DNA from: Rhizophagus irregularis
Taxonomy: Eukaryota
Assembly: GCF_026210795.1 (NCBI RefSeq)
Contig: NC_089436.1
Location: 558,001-622,000 of the forward strand
Direction of reading: 5' to 3'
Length of the DNA: 64,000 nucleotides
Below, piece after piece: positions 47,961-61,973 of the stretch (position 1 is the stretch's first letter; the number at the start of each line of letters is the position of its first letter). Position numbers and translations under genes: made by a program. Under the pieces are notes generated by a model. That model was not told where the DNA came from, did no database searches, and was given only the letters and a program-made list of their open reading frames with translations.

Positions 47961-49467
47961 AGCTAAAATTTTCTATATGGTCTATGTGAGAGGGAATGTT
48001 ATAGAAATGAAGTGTAGATATAGTTGCGGAAATATATTATCTATAGGGAAGGAATATGTGGGTGGGAATTGTCGTTTAGTTCATTTCGGAAATCTGATAG
48101 CAAAGCATTAATATTAGAGAAATAATATGACGCAGGGACTCTCATTACATGGCCTAGGATCCGCGTAATCTCTTTATTATGATATAATCTACTCCGATAT
48201 TCTGTAAAAAAAAAAATAATAAAATTAGAAATGAAATAAGCGAAATACGAAACCCGTTTCTTATAGACAAAAATAATCAACCTTTTCTTCTAGATTGCTT
48301 GAAATACTGCGAACTCCGCAAATTAACCACTCTGAAACCTTACAGTACCATGTTGCGTAACAATTGCGAAAAGACAAAGACAAATTAGAGCAATTTTTCT
48401 AAGGATCTCCAACTTCAAGGAGTTCGTTGAAGTCAATTTGTACGCGTATTTGCTCCGCGAACATATAGGCATCAGTACACAGGAATAAGTTTAGATGATA
48501 AGCATGTAAATCAAAGCTACATCAATGAAAAAAGGAAATTTTGAAATCATCACAGCTTTGAGACACTATTTACTACAAACCATCTTATTAGATATAGACA
48601 TCTACGCCCAGAATATACAACTGCTCGTGCGTGCCTTAGGGTCCTTTTATACCCGGCTTCCATTTCAACGAACTCTAGCCATAAACACAGAATTCAACAG
48701 AACAGATACGCATTAGGGTCCTTTACTCCTCTTAAACCCGGCTTCCGTTTCAACGAACTCCAGCCATAAGTATCTTACAGTTGGACTGCAGAGATGCATA
48801 TTCGGAATTTTGGTCCTGTTCTGCCAATCTGATAGTAGTAGTGTAAAAGGCGCAAATGTATCTTTCTTACACGTGTACGACATACTATCTCTGGCTTTGC
48901 GAGAGCGTGTTGTAGACACCATTTCAGGCCAAAGATACGGCTGGCATTGTTTTTCCGTATTAGGCAAGATACGTAGATGACACATTTTATGTAATACAAA
49001 CGCGAACGCGAACTAGTATAATTTCAAATCAATGAAATCATGAGTATGAAAGGATTACTTTCTCTCGTTTCTCACGATAGCTTCTATTTTTTGTCACACT
49101 GTGTTACGGGATGTCTTCGAAAAAAGAAAAAAAAACAGAAGAAACAAAAAAATGTCGGAAGTGAGAGTCATCCAAAAAAGTACCACAAAAATGTCGAAAG
49201 TACAAGTGAGAGTTCTCTAGCAAAAATCACACAAAGAAACGAAAAAATGAAAGTGAGAGCGAGGGTTCTCCGGGAGAGACTGCACAAAAAACTTCACGGA
49301 AACAGGCCACACAAATAGCCTCTCAGAAACGAAAAAAATTCGAAAGTGAAAGTGAAAGCTCTTCTGCACCTAAACGACGGTAAGAACGTATTGCCAGTCA
49401 AGTTTCGGATCTTGCAAGCGCCATTCGTGACCTTGGGCTTAATTCCACTTTTAGTTTTAGTTATGGC

Positions 49468-50629
49468 ATGGAGGACCTGCCCTCTTCGGCATCTCTAAGA
49501 TATGGAGGCATTAAGAGTGAACTTTTGTGAAGCCCCAGCCGAGAATGCTGTTATTCCTGATGTTGAAGGTATGAGTGATATTGTACCAGTAATCCTCTCA
49601 GTGACACTAATATTCATAATTAAGTATTTTTCCAGTTACCATTCCAGACACGTATATTCAACCTAATATCAATGGTGAAATGCTTTCAAATTTAAGATTC
49701 CGCGTTGCAAATGTCGCCGGACTTACGGATGTAGAAGTTCGAACATTCTTTAAGAAATTGCATAAATTTGTCACGAATGGTGTTCAGTTAACAGGCACAA
49801 CCGAGAAATTTACAGATACACTTGTAGATGATCTGCTTCGTATCGTTGAGCTGAATGACTTGCCCTTTAGCATCGGGTAGCTTCTACTTTCTTCAACTTC
49901 TGTTTTTGATAAATAAATACAATGATTCCTAAAATTGCAATTTCCAAACTCTAGCAATCACCCACTATGCAAATTATACATTGAAGATGATCCTTACGTA
50001 TCATCGGACTCTGAATTTGTAATAAATATGGAAGACGATAATATCGAATAATTTTCTATCCTTGTAGTAGAGGTCTGTTATTGATGTTTACTATTTTACA
50101 GGTATTATTTTTGTTGACTCAAACAATCTTTTTTACAGGATAAACACTTGAAAATGACCCAAACCAAAAAAAAAAGAATAAACTATATTTTTTGGGTTAA
50201 ATGAATAAAGTAGTTTTCATTTGGCGATATTTCTATCATAGTAATAGGTTTACCATTATGTCGTTCATCATCGAAGGTAAAAAATGTTGGACCAAGTACT
50301 GGATTTGGGGAAACGCAAATCTCTGCGGAAGTTCTTGTGTTAGTGAGAATATACGTTCCCTTGGCAAACGGAAATATGCAGATCAGATGTTATGGGTAGT
50401 TCGTGTAATTTCTACGTACGTTACTTTTTATAAAGCTGAGATTCCTGCAAGGTATCTAATGGAGCTTGATAAAGGCCTACCACAACGACAGTCAGTTAAG
50501 ATTCAAAGATGGCCGGCTAATAATGATTTGAGAGCTGGTTTCGATCTCGCAGAGCCAAATGGACGACGAAGTGTATTGACAGCATTTGCCAAAATTCGGA
50601 GTTCATTTTTGCATGAGAATGATGATTAA
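49468..50629 (+). pseudogene. Spliced, disrupted gene with a PD-(D/E)XK/Crinkler-effector-like C-terminal domain
   Basis: Exons read ..SDSEFVI..ILVVE|DKHLK..GFGETQISAEVL..VRVISTYVTFYKAEIP. There are stops, frameshifts and a ~130-bp insert after 50156. Confidence 0.45.
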
Positions 50630-51170
50630 ATTAACTGTGCAATTCATAGCATGCTTTATTTCAATACGTTTATTATAATAAAATATTAGCATTACGATAT
50701 TGATGAGGTGTTAATAATATGGAAATATGTGCATCTTCAGGATTAATTTACTATTGATAGATTATACCTTATACACTTATAAATAAACTCACGTTATATA
50801 TGTATTTTTGCCTCCTCTACAACTTTACTTACTATAACAGAAAGGTTTAATCTTCAAATACAGGTGCATTTAAATTTTAAACTCTAATAAATAAATCAAT
50901 TGACATATTTAAAAGCAAATTGTATCAATTGTTGCAATCTTTATTCTTTTTTATTAACTGATTAAAATAAAATAGTTCAATTTATCTAATTATAATAATA
51001 TTTGCACAATTCAATTTTGATGTATACAATTATTAATAATGAATTATCACAAAGTCAATTAATCAAATTCTCTTGCAAATCAACTGATTGATATATTTTA
51101 AATAATTAATTGTGAATAAGCTGATTGGTATATTTTGAGAAAATTTTGATTACAAATTGACAGATTGAAG

Positions 51171-52830
51171 ATGACAAGATCAAAGAAAAATTGCATTAAT
51201 AAAGATTGTTCAAAAGTGCATCTAAAACTAGAAATTTTATTGAATGCAATTGTTTGTTGTGTTATGGTAGTAGTAAGTTAGTGAATCCCAGAACATTCAG
51301 AAGAAGTTGACAGATTTCAAACAATTACTACTGGATTTCAGAATTCTTCTCAACTAAAAAGTACCAGAAATAAATCATATAATGTAGAATCTTTCAATAA
51401 AAAAGGAAAAAGAAGAATTAGAGTGGTAGAATATTTATCAGATAATAATGATAATAATAAATCACTTTTAACTAATAATGAATTGATGCCAAAGAAACCA
51501 GAAAGATGAAAGCATACCAATAAGATTCTTGATAATAATGATAATAATAGTTCTTTAACTAACAGGTCTTTAACAGAAAGTGATAGTAATAAATCCTTGA
51601 TAAAGATAATAATAGGACTTCTAAGGTATCTGAAAATGATAACTGTGGTTTAAGTGAAGATGAATTGCAATCAAACAATTTACAGTTTCTAATTTTAATA
51701 ATTATAATTATAAATCAGATCTTAAAATCTTGATACAAATATTGACTTCAATGATTTGTAGATACTTTTATGGATATTTAAATACCAGGTGAAATTTCAT
51801 CTTTCAGATGTTGCTATCAATTCACTTATTGGATTTTTTAAAATGGTTTTATTAGATGCTGATAAATGGTGATTTGAAAAATTTTCTATATCATCTTAGC
51901 AAAAAAAATTTAAAAAATCGTTAAATAAAAAAAGAAATATATAGTATATTCAGATTATAATACTATATATAATGTTTTAGAAATTTTAACATAAAATCAA
52001 AATATAGAGTTCAGATATATTTATATGGAGTTTTTAAATTATCTAAAGTATAGCAAAAAATAAGCTTATAAAGTAAAATTAATAAATAAGATCCTGATTG
52101 TTAACAGATTTGCCAAAAAATTTAAAATATTATTTCTAATACTATCTCTAAAAACCTAAATAATATCAATATATCAGTATTCAGATTTTGTAAATTACTT
52201 TAAAAATGATCAAATTGGATTAATATAACAAATCTAATATAATAAAAAAATATAAAAAATATTTATATTTTTTCTAAACAATCTGGATACTTGATTTTTA
52301 CAAATAAAACAACTAATTCTAATCTTAAGATCATGATTAATTTAGACTAGTTCTAACCATTTAATTTGTTAACTTACAGCTATATATAATCTTTTTTGTG
52401 AAATTATATTTAAACAAGAAAACATACTATATTTGAACTTCTTCTAGAACCAGAAAAGTTAAAATTACACAAAATAAATCATTATCTTAGTCCAATTATT
52501 GACAAATTGTTAGAATTTTGGAATGGTATCAATTTACTTTTTACTAATTTGCATTCAATTGGTAAAAGAATTCAAATAGCAGTAATTTGCTACAAAAATA
52601 ATATATTAGCTACTAGAAAATTATGCAGTCATATTTTAGTATTGGTTTAATAGCTATTATCAATATTATAAAATAACTAGGATTTGATGATATAATTTGG
52701 TAGTTTATGTAAAAAAATTTAAATAAACATTAATGTAATACTAAACATTAGTGACTATTTAAATCTAAGTATATATTTTTGAAACTTATGTATATTAATC
52801 AGAATTGTTAAGATTACTATATTTTAACAA
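51171..52830 (+). pseudogene. Highly decayed second EnSpm/CACTA Tnp2 transposase
   Basis: Remnants ECNCLCC, LLWIFKYQ..LSDVAINSLI, MINLD*F*PF, KINHYLSPIIDKLLEFW and ATRKLCSH are colinear with 7190-9442. Confidence 0.8.
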
Positions 52831-53169
52831 TTTAACCTGATCAGGCTTTTTGTGATTGATATTAAGTAAATTAAGTAAATCATTTATTTAATAAATATGT
52901 GGTATTTTTCTATAACTGTTATAACTAAAATTATATTAATAAAATAAAAGATATATATTAAATATATAAAATAAAATAAAAAAACAAATTAGGATAAAAA
53001 TTTTTTTTTTCAGTTTACAATTTATTATAAAATAATTGACAATATTTATTAAACTGATTAAATTTATTAAATTAAAATTTTTAATATTTAAAAGTTATAA
53101 AAATATTTTTAAAAACTCTATAAATAATAAAATATATACTAAAAAAATATTATATATAAAGAAAAAAAC

Positions 53170-54848
53170 TAGCCATCACCACAGGTGATTTTACCTGATC
53201 ATGTGAATTATTATTATGATATTATTTGATTAAACTATTAATAAACTTTTTTTCTCACGAATTGCCTTTTTTAATTTTTTTTCTTTTTCGTCAACTTACC
53301 TCCTTTTTTTTCATTACACATTTTAATAATGGATTGTTGTGAATATGTTAATGAAAATTTCACTTTTAGTGATAAGAAAAATGAACTTCGTATTATGTTG
53401 ATTTTAGGTGCAAAGTTTCAGAAATGGGAAGAACTAGAAGGTTATCTGAAATGATATGCTTTGCAAGAAGAATTTTTCTATAAAAAAGCAAGAGTTGAAT
53501 ATCATTTAAGTCCAAATGAAATGAAAAGTTTAACAATAAAGCAAAATAAGCATAAAATTAAATGAAGAACTTATGGTATGAATTAGGATAAGGATTAGAG
53601 TGTGGATTAGAATAAAAATTAGGGTAAAGATTAAGGTGTGGATTAGGGTAATGATTAAGATAAGGATTAGGATATGGATTAGGGTAAAAATTAAGGTAAG
53701 GATTAGGACGTGAATTAAGGTATTGATTAGGGTAAAAAAAGATCCCACTTACTTATAATAAAGGTCGCTGTAGAAAATTAGTCTTTTACTAATAGTTTTT
53801 ACCTTACTTTTTTCTTAAATTCTATTGGTTAATTAGTTAAAAAGGAAAAAAATCATAACAATGTAACATAAAATTTCCTTTTATAGTAGGATCTGCAAAG
53901 AATTTTATATATGATTTTTACTTAGGCCTGGAGGGGGTGACCTATCTTATAAGTAAGCGAGTCCCCTGGTAAAGATTAGGGTAAGGATTAGGATGTGGAT
54001 TATGAGAACCCCGCTTACTTATAATAAAGATTACTGTAGAAAATTCGCCCTTTATTAATAGTTTTTACCTTACTTTTTTCTTAAATTCTATTGGTTAATT
54101 AGCTAAAAAGGAAAAAAATCATAACAATGTAACATAAAATTTCCTTTTATAGTAGGATCTGTAAAGAATTTTATATATGATTTTTACCTTAAGCCTGGGG
54201 GTGACCTATCTTGTAAGTAAGCAAAGTCCTGGATTAGGGTATGATTATTGTATGGATTTCTTTGTTATATATCACTAATACTTTATTGCTTTTTACATTA
54301 TTATAATACAGATTATGATGATCATAAGAAGAGTTTCTGTAAAGATAATTATGACAATTACAAACTTTACTCCAACTCATAATTAAAAATGTATAAAATG
54401 AAATATTTATTGAAATTTCAAATGTTTATAGATGAAAAAAAGCAAGAATTACTCTATAAAAAGAATAGTAAAGAAATAATGAATCTAATATTATTTGTTC
54501 TAATCCAGTAACTTCAAGAAGGTATGGACGTCCTCCAAATCAATATCTGAGTGAAAAAGCAAAAAATAACTATTAATTTGGAATTATAACATATTTCAGA
54601 AAATAATAATAATGGAAATAATAAGAAACAAAGAAAATGTAAGAGATGTGAAAATTTAGGTCATGATTTACATAATTGTAAAAGTAAGATTTTTAGTGAA
54701 AGAAATTAATATTGTATTTAGATAGTTATTAGAATTTTAATTTATTAATAAAAAATAAAATTTACTGCGATACTGCAATTATTGCAGCATGATTATATGA
54801 TTTATTTATATCAGTGATATCACCTGTGGACTGTGGTGATAATTAGAA
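53170..54848 (+). mobile_element. Mutator/FAR1-like transposon remnant
   Basis: GAKFQKWEELE..YALQEEF (FAR1-like start) and GRPP..RKCKRCENLGHDLHNC (C-terminal knuckle). Inverted ends atcaccacaggtgat/atcacctgtgg..gtggtgat. Confidence 0.5.
53575..54260. repeat. Degenerate 12-bp GATTAGGGTAAA-type minisatellite interrupted by two copies of a ~225-bp TIR element
   Basis: Repeats at 53575-53736, 53969-54003 and 54230-54258. Inserts ~53737-53967 and ~54004-54229 are near-identical, with IR cgcttacttataa/ttataagtaagcg. Confidence 0.75.
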
Positions 54849-55721
54849 ATTTTCATATATATAAATATAATATTATTTTTAATTAAAATTTTTAAAATTA
54901 ATAAAACTTAAGTTGGCATTATAAAATTAATTAGTACTAAGAAATTTTGCTCAGAATTATAATTTAATAATTGGCAATTTAAAAAAGTTTAATAAATTTT
55001 AGTCAATTTTAAATTATATATATATACTTTATATTTAAAGGCAATATTATATTAAAAATTTTATTATAATAATATTGTATAAAAAATTAAATGTGATATT
55101 TCCTTTGACTATTAAGAAAAAAAAAATATTAAAATATTAAAGGATATTAAAAAACATTAAAAATATAAAAAATTATTAAAGAATATTAAAGATGTTAAAA
55201 AATATCAAGTTATCTATTTCTAATAAAAAAATTAACCAGATAATATCACCTACATTAAATAAATTTATATAATAAAAATTAATAGGTGATATTATCTAAA
55301 TGATTTTACACTGAGTGCAAATTAGTTATATTCTATATAATTTATATTATTATTATTATTATTTTATTGCAGTTTTCAGAATTCTGTATACGTTGTGATG
55401 ATTGAGTAATTATGATTGCAGGATGATTACAGAACGATTATAGGATAATATTATCCGATTTTTATCCAGTAATCGTCCTATAATCTAATATTTTTTTTAT
55501 TTGATAGTCTATAGGAGGTAGCATAATTTTGAAAAGTACGATAAATATTTGGAAATTAATCTGTAAAAAATTAGAATAATAAATTTTTTAAAAAAATATT
55601 CAAATAACTTAATATTTATAAATTGCAAAAAATATTTTTTTCTTTATTTTTACAAAAAGTATTAACAACTTTATTATAAAGTAAAATTTTATATATATAA
55701 AATAAATCAGGCAGAAAATTA

Positions 55722-57479
55722 TTGAAGCAGTCTAATTCTTTAATATTACTCAAGATAGATATTCTTTTACAAGAAAAAAAGATGGATCTAGTATTAGTAA
55801 AAGTTAAGGGATATAGTGGAGATGTTATGAATGAAATGGTAGATGATTTAACTAAGAACACAAGTAACAGTAGATGTTACTTTAACAACAGGTTTAACTA
55901 TAGCAATAGGACAGTTAGATTTTTTCCAATTTTTAAGCAGATTCCAATTGAATACAACTTAAGAAAATTTATCAAAACTCTAATGAATACCAGAATAGTA
56001 GCAGAATGGTCAATGCTAAAAACCAATAGATATGAAATATCAATTGCCTGGAACATAACTTGGAACTTAATTCATAGATATAAAAGGTTTAATTGTATTT
56101 CAGTTAAAAAACATTAGCATTTAATATTTATTATTAAACTATTTGCTAAACTTCTCCCTATAGGTACTACTCTTATATAGCGAAAACTAAATATATACAA
56201 AGATTTTGTTTATTCTATGTATAATGATAACAAAGAAGAAGACATATATCATTTTATTGAATGTGATGCCAATAAGGATCTATGGCCTATAATTAAAAAC
56301 AGAATGCAAGATGATGTGATTCATATAATTCAAAAATGGAGTAATATGGAAAAAAATACACCTAAAGCCATAAGGGAGAAACTAAAACAGATACTAGGAT
56401 CACAAAATGACAACAACAAATTTATTGACTTTTGCTTACTAGCTTTGGAACTTGGAAGCTAAAGTTAACACTAATCTTTTAAAGTATCAAAACAGTTATT
56501 TGGATTTTCAGAATCAAAGAACATTTTATTTCTGGCTTCACTTCTGGATTCTTTTATTATTTACTTTAAAGAACTAATCTGACTGCCAAGATGTAATTAA
56601 GGTTGCCTGCCTAAACCTCTCCAAAATTCTACGATTAGTTTCTCCAAGATTTTACTATAGTTTTATTATAGTTTCGGCAAGGTTTCAGCAGTTTTGGCAT
56701 TTATAATAAGTTTCATCAGGTTTCACTTTTCTCCAGAGTTTCACCAACTTTTTAATAAGACTTTCATATAGTTTTGGCAAAGTTTTGCTATTTCGGCATT
56801 TCGCCAACTTGCCAAAACCCCCTAGTTTCTCTAGTAACGTTAGATGTAATGCTACTAATACATGGGAAAAGGATAGAAATATTGAAAGAAAAAACAAATT
56901 AAATAAATCTAAATATATGGATCATTATTTAAAATTCTGTTACCAGCAAGAGAAACAGTCAAGACAGGATAAACATTCTTCAAAAAAGAATGATTTACCA
57001 ATTTCACAGAAAGATCAAACTGTAGTACTGGATGATATTATATTTGAGTTGGATTCAGTACAATCTGAAAACTCAATGAATGAAAATTTTATTTTATCAA
57101 AGTATTATAGTAGAATGGAGAAAAAAACTCATGTTCAGATGTGCTTACTGATTAGTAATAACTGGTGATATAGTTAAGCTTATAAGAAGACAAAAAATAT
57201 TATTGACAATGTTATAGCAGATCTAATAACAACATAACTAACATTATTCTGAATTTAAATTCATCAATTCTGAAAGGAAAAGGAATGGGAAAAAAAAAAA
57301 AAATTTTTTTTATATAGATAAAGTGATAAACAGTATTACTAATTTTATTTACTTTTATTTTTATTGGTATTTTGATGATTACATCCTTCTGGGTGGATAT
57401 AGCTCATAATAATTTGTTTGTATGGTATATAAACTTAATATCAATAAAGCATATATAAATCATTAAAAAAAAAAAAAAT
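55722..57479 (+). mobile_element. 5'-truncated LINE remnant (RNase H end, Cys/His region, 3' UTR, poly(A))
   Basis: LVKVKGYSGDVMNEMVDDL (RNase H C-terminal motif), EEDIYHFIEC, I*LPRCNATNTWEK, then AATAAA and an A-tail. Confidence 0.75.
56598..56842. mobile_element. 245-bp MITE inserted in the LINE ORF
   Basis: gatgtaat is duplicated at 56590-56597 and 56843-56850, with short imperfect TIR taaggttgc/gtaacgtta. Removing it restores LPRCNATNTWEK. Confidence 0.75.
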
Positions 57480-57910
57480 AATTAAAAAATTAAAAAAATA
57501 ATTTTTTCAAACAAATTCTTAAAAATTTTCTATCAAAAAATATTCCAAACGATCCTTTTAGTTAAAAAATTCTCAAAATAAAAATGCTTTAAGCGATTTC
57601 CTTAATTAAAAAATACAAAAAATAATTTTCCTAAACAAACTCTTAGAAATTTTTCTATTAAATAATACTTTCAGTTAAAAAATTCTCAAAAAATAATTTT
57701 TTCAAACAAACTCTTAGAAAATTCTCTATCAAAAAATGTTCCAAACAATCTCTTGGTTAAAAATTTTTCAAAAATAGTCTCTCCAAACAAATCCTTAGAA
57801 AATTCTTTATCAAAAAATGCCCTAAATGATTTCCTTAATTAAAAAATTTAAAAATTAATTTTTCCTAAATGAACTCTTAGAAAATTCTCTATCAAAAATA
57901 TTCCAAACAG

Positions 57911-59573
57911 CACCAATTTGTGGAATTATGTACTACATCTACAAAATAGATTTACCAAATGAATGCAAAGTTAAAAGTCATGTGGCAATGATGGATTTAC
58001 ATCATCTGATGTGCAAAATCAATTAGTTAGAGGCATGCCAGAAATTATGTGATTTAGTGGGTGGTGGGGTCAGATCCTGCAATCAGATATCACAATATAC
58101 CTTTTATGATAATAGTATATTTTTTATAGTAAATAATATATAATTTATTTATTAAGAAGCTTTTTTTGCAATTATCTCACCATCTAAAAGTCCAATTTCA
58201 ATGAAATTTTTTGTTTTATAGAGTATAAAGAGAGCTACAAAATAAAAAAAAAGTTTATGCAAATTGAATTATTGGATAATGAAATAATTGTATTCTAATA
58301 TATATGTAATATATAGTAATTTATTTATCGATTAATAAGCTTTTTTGCAATTATTTCACAACTAGTAGTCCAATTTCAATGATTTTTTTATTTTATAAAG
58401 CATAAATGGGGCTACAAAACAAAAAAAAAGTTTATGTAAATTGGATTATTAGATAGCAAACTAATTGTATTATAATATATATATATTAATATAATATATT
58501 ATATATTATATGTATTTTTTTAGCCAATCAGAATTCAGTCATATGGTGGGTAGGGTAATCACGTGATTTCTGGCATGCCCCTTATTTGAATTTTAATTTT
58601 TTTTAATACATACAAGTAACATTAAAATTATAAAAGGAAAATACAATTCTTGTAACAAAATTGTGAATATCTTGGGCTATATGTAAGATAAACAGATGAA
58701 TTTATATTCATTTGAAAGAAAAAAACAAGACCTATCTATCTAATGAATCCAAAATCAGACAAAAATAATCACTGGTTGCTAAATAAATGTGTTCAATGCA
58801 TTAATTTGCAATTTTTTGCTTTGATCGTAAATATCTCCGCATCTAGTGATTCAACTTGAATGTTGTTTAATTCCTAAGCTAGAGCAAGTTCACACCTTTC
58901 AAATAAATATAAAATTATTCAATTAGCATATATGTACATTGAGAAATTAACGATTATATAATTCACATAAAATCTGTTATAAAAAATATTTTAAAATTAC
59001 ATTTCTTACCAAAAAAATTATTTTCAAAAAGTTTTTAGAGTTCTTTTACCTTATTTAAAAAATTTATTTGCTTTTTAAGGACTTTAATTAAATAAATCTA
59101 ATAAAACAATAATAAAAAGTAATGAGTAAGTTGTATAAAATTAGTTTATTAAACAAAAAAAGAAAAAACTTTTTGAAACTCTTATATCTTTTATTTTACA
59201 TATATTTTTACAAAAAAAAAAGCAAAGAAAACCAAAGTTAAAATAAATAAAAAGATTTTTTTTCTATAAATAACAAATATTAATATATTTTTTTTTACTT
59301 ACTGTTTAAGAAATAACCGCTATATATACCTGCAAACTTTTTTGGTTTACTTAACGAAAAAGTGACTGAAAAGTGATTGAAAAGTGATTGAGTAAAAAAG
59401 TGCTTAATATCATTATTTTAAAATATAAATTAAAAATTTTTTTTTATTTTTAGATAATTCTGAACTGTTTAAATATGTAACACATATTTAATTTAAGTTT
59501 GTATAATGTAAATCCTATTATACAGCTAAATTTTTATAAAAATCTTAATTTAGGCCAATTTTACAGATCGGTG
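57911..59573. mobile_element. CAC-terminated TIR element (CMC/Transib-like, non-autonomous)
   Basis: caccaatttgtggaatt/aattttacagatcggtg bound the interruption of the satellite. No clear TSD. Confidence 0.55.
58030..58581. mobile_element. PIF/Harbinger-type MITE nested in the previous element
   Basis: TIR gaggcatgccagaaattatgtgat/atcacgtgatttctggcatgcccc, TTA TSD, internal ~180-bp tandem duplication. Confidence 0.8.
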
Positions 59574-60565
59574 GATATGTTTAGTTAAAAAATTCTCAAA
59601 AATAATCTCTCCAAACAAATTACGAATCCTTAGAAAATTCTCTCAAAAAATGCCCTAAATGATTCTCTTAATTAAAAAATTCAAAAAATAATTTTTCTAA
59701 ACAAACTCTTAGAAATTTCTCTATTAAAAAAATGCTCTAAATGATCCTTTTAATTAAAAAATTCTTTAAAAATAATTTTTCCAAACAAACTCTTAGAAAA
59801 TTCTCTATCAAAAAATATTCCAAACAATTCCTTGGTTAAAAAATTCTTAAAAATAACGAACCTTAGAAAATTCTCTATTGAAAATGCCCTAAACGATTCC
59901 CTTAAAATTCTCTATCAAAAAATGTCCTAAATGATCCTTTTAGTTAAAAAATTCTCAAAAAACCATTTTCCAAATGAACTCTTAGAAAATTCTCTATTAA
60001 AAATGTTCTAAATGTTTTCTTTAGTTAAAAAATTCTCAAAAACAATCTCTCTAAACAAATTCTTAGAAAATTCTAAAATGCTCTAAATAATCCCCTTAAA
60101 TAAAAAATACAAGAAATAATTTCTTTAAACGAACTTTTAGAAATTTCTCTATTAAATAATACCTTCAGTTAAAAAATTCTCAAAAAATAATTTTTCTAAA
60201 CAAACTCTTAGAAAATTCTTTATCAAAAAATATTCCAAATGGTCCTTTTAGTTAAAAAATTCTCAAAAATAATTTCTCCAAACAAATCTTTAGAAAATTC
60301 TCTATCAAAAATGCTTTAAATGATTTCCTTAATTAAAAAAATAATTTTTTTAAACAGACTTTTAAAAAATTTCTCAAAAATCTATCTAAAAGTTTCTTAA
60401 ATAAAATCCCTATTAATATTATTTAAATGGACTTTTAAAATTTCTTAAAAAATTATTTATAAAAGCAAGTTATCTAAAAAATGAATTTAAATAAAAAATT
60501 TTAGTTGAAACGGATTATATATAATACAGTATATTGTACAAAATAAAAATCTTATGTATTAAAAT

Positions 60566-60731
60566 TTACATATCGGATGTCTGATATGTGTAAGATAGAT
60601 CAATGCCCAATATACAATATCAGTGACTAATAGCTTAGCTATTGGGTACCCAATATATCCAATATTTATCCGATTAGCTACCGATATATAGGTACCTGAT
60701 ATGTACCTGATAGAATTGATTTTGACCAGTA
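60566..60731 (-). mobile_element. Solo inverted left terminus of the CACTG family
   Basis: The reverse complement matches 2596-2660 (..ggtcaaaatc.attctatcaggtacatatc.ggtacctatatatc). Confidence 0.8.
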
Positions 60732-61452
60732 TAAGAATGCCAAGTCATCTATAATTTATAATTAAAACATACAACTATAACTAAATAATTTTAAACAAAA
60801 AAAGAAATAAGGTTTCCACCTTATTGCACTGAAGTGTGAACATTTCTAACTTTTTATATATCAAATATAAGTTCAGAGAGATTTTTTTTTATGTTTATTG
60901 TTAAATATCATTAAAAGCCTATAATAAAAAAAGAAATGTGAATTTTATATTGATTTTAAAATAATGTCATAATGGTGAAAATTCCTTAAAGGCTTTTTTT
61001 TTAGGAATCCTTAAGGATCTGGTAATTTATAGAATCCTTAAGGATCTTTATAATTCATCTAAAGGTTTTTAAGGATTCTATAAATTACTGGATCTTTAAG
61101 GATTCCAAGATAATCTAAGAATTACTGATGTTTAAGCATTTCATATATTACGTTATCTTTCCAACAAGCTGGAAAATCATAAAATTTCAAGTCACGTGAT
61201 TGTTTGGCAAAATGTTTATCCAAATAATTGTTATCAGAAGTTGTTTGAACCGATATTTCAGCGATCTTCCCTTTTTGTTGTGTTGATGATTTCTTTTTTT
61301 TTGGATTTGTGGAGCCTATCATGGCTTTTTATCTTACTTTTCCGTTTACTGGAAGTGGCAATCTCGATTAGCTAAAATAAAAACGGTCAACAGGTTATAC
61401 TCAGTTTTGGAATTGGGCTATCTCAAAATTAGTAATACGTACATCTCACCAT

Positions 61453-61903
61453 AAGGCATGTCTGGAATGTGTGCCAGGTTGATAGTACAGTGTGGCGCAG
61501 TGATTTTTTCCAAAAAAATTAAATTGCAATTTTTTTTATTTAAAATAAAACCTTTAAATTCCTGCATTAGATGTATTTTTGTCCACTCTGCAAATTTACT
61601 TAGAGCATATACGGGTGGTTTAGAAGGCCATTTTCGAGTTATTTAACAAAAACTGTTCTTTCGACAAATCCAATTTTGAAAATGATCAGCAAAGACGATA
61701 AAATCGGTTGTTATATACTAAAGTCAAAATCTACTTCCAAAACCTCCTTCTATTTATAAGTGAATTTTGTAAAACGGATGAAAATACATTTAATGTGTAA
61801 ATTTGAAAGCTTTACATTGAAAAGAAAATCTTTAACTTAAATCTTTTTGAAATTACTGCGCCACACTACGTCCTCAACCTGACACACATTTCAGACGTGC
61901 CTC
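61453..61903. mobile_element. MITE with ~52-bp TIRs (unclassified)
   Basis: aggcatgtctggaatgtgtgccaggttga..agtgtggcgcagtgattt vs aaattactgcgccacact..tcaacctgacacacatttcagacgtgcct, with CAT on both flanks. Confidence 0.8.
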
Positions 61904-61973
61904 CATGAGTCACAATGATGTCATAAATGTCTTATATAATATTTTCCGCATTACATTATGTTGCACCAGAACC

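Larger units (their letters stand above)
57482..60385. repeat. ~75-80-bp (two ~38-bp halves) AT-rich minisatellite, split by a 1.66-kb insertion
   Basis: The unit aaacaaactcttagaaaattctctatcaaaaaatgttccaaacgatccttttagttaaaaaattctcaaaaaataatttt repeats in 57482-57910 and 59580-60385. Confidence 0.85.

Noticed and set aside
48040..48990. Minus-strand gene fragments with a ~50-bp duplication (48635/48714)
   Set aside because: Probably a pseudogene, but frames could not be joined or assigned.
53530..53748. Hydrophobic ILIHTL ORF, or a true telomere
   Set aside because: It is the translation of the 12-bp minisatellite; the repeats are degenerate and interstitial.
57482..60385. CRISPR-like periodic repeats
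   Set aside because: No unique spacers, degenerate tandem units, eukaryotic context and no cas genes; this is a minisatellite.
61122..61322. Possible LINE ORF1 fragment (SRDLKFYDFP..W)
   Set aside because: Too short, with no adjoining endonuclease or RT sequence to support it.
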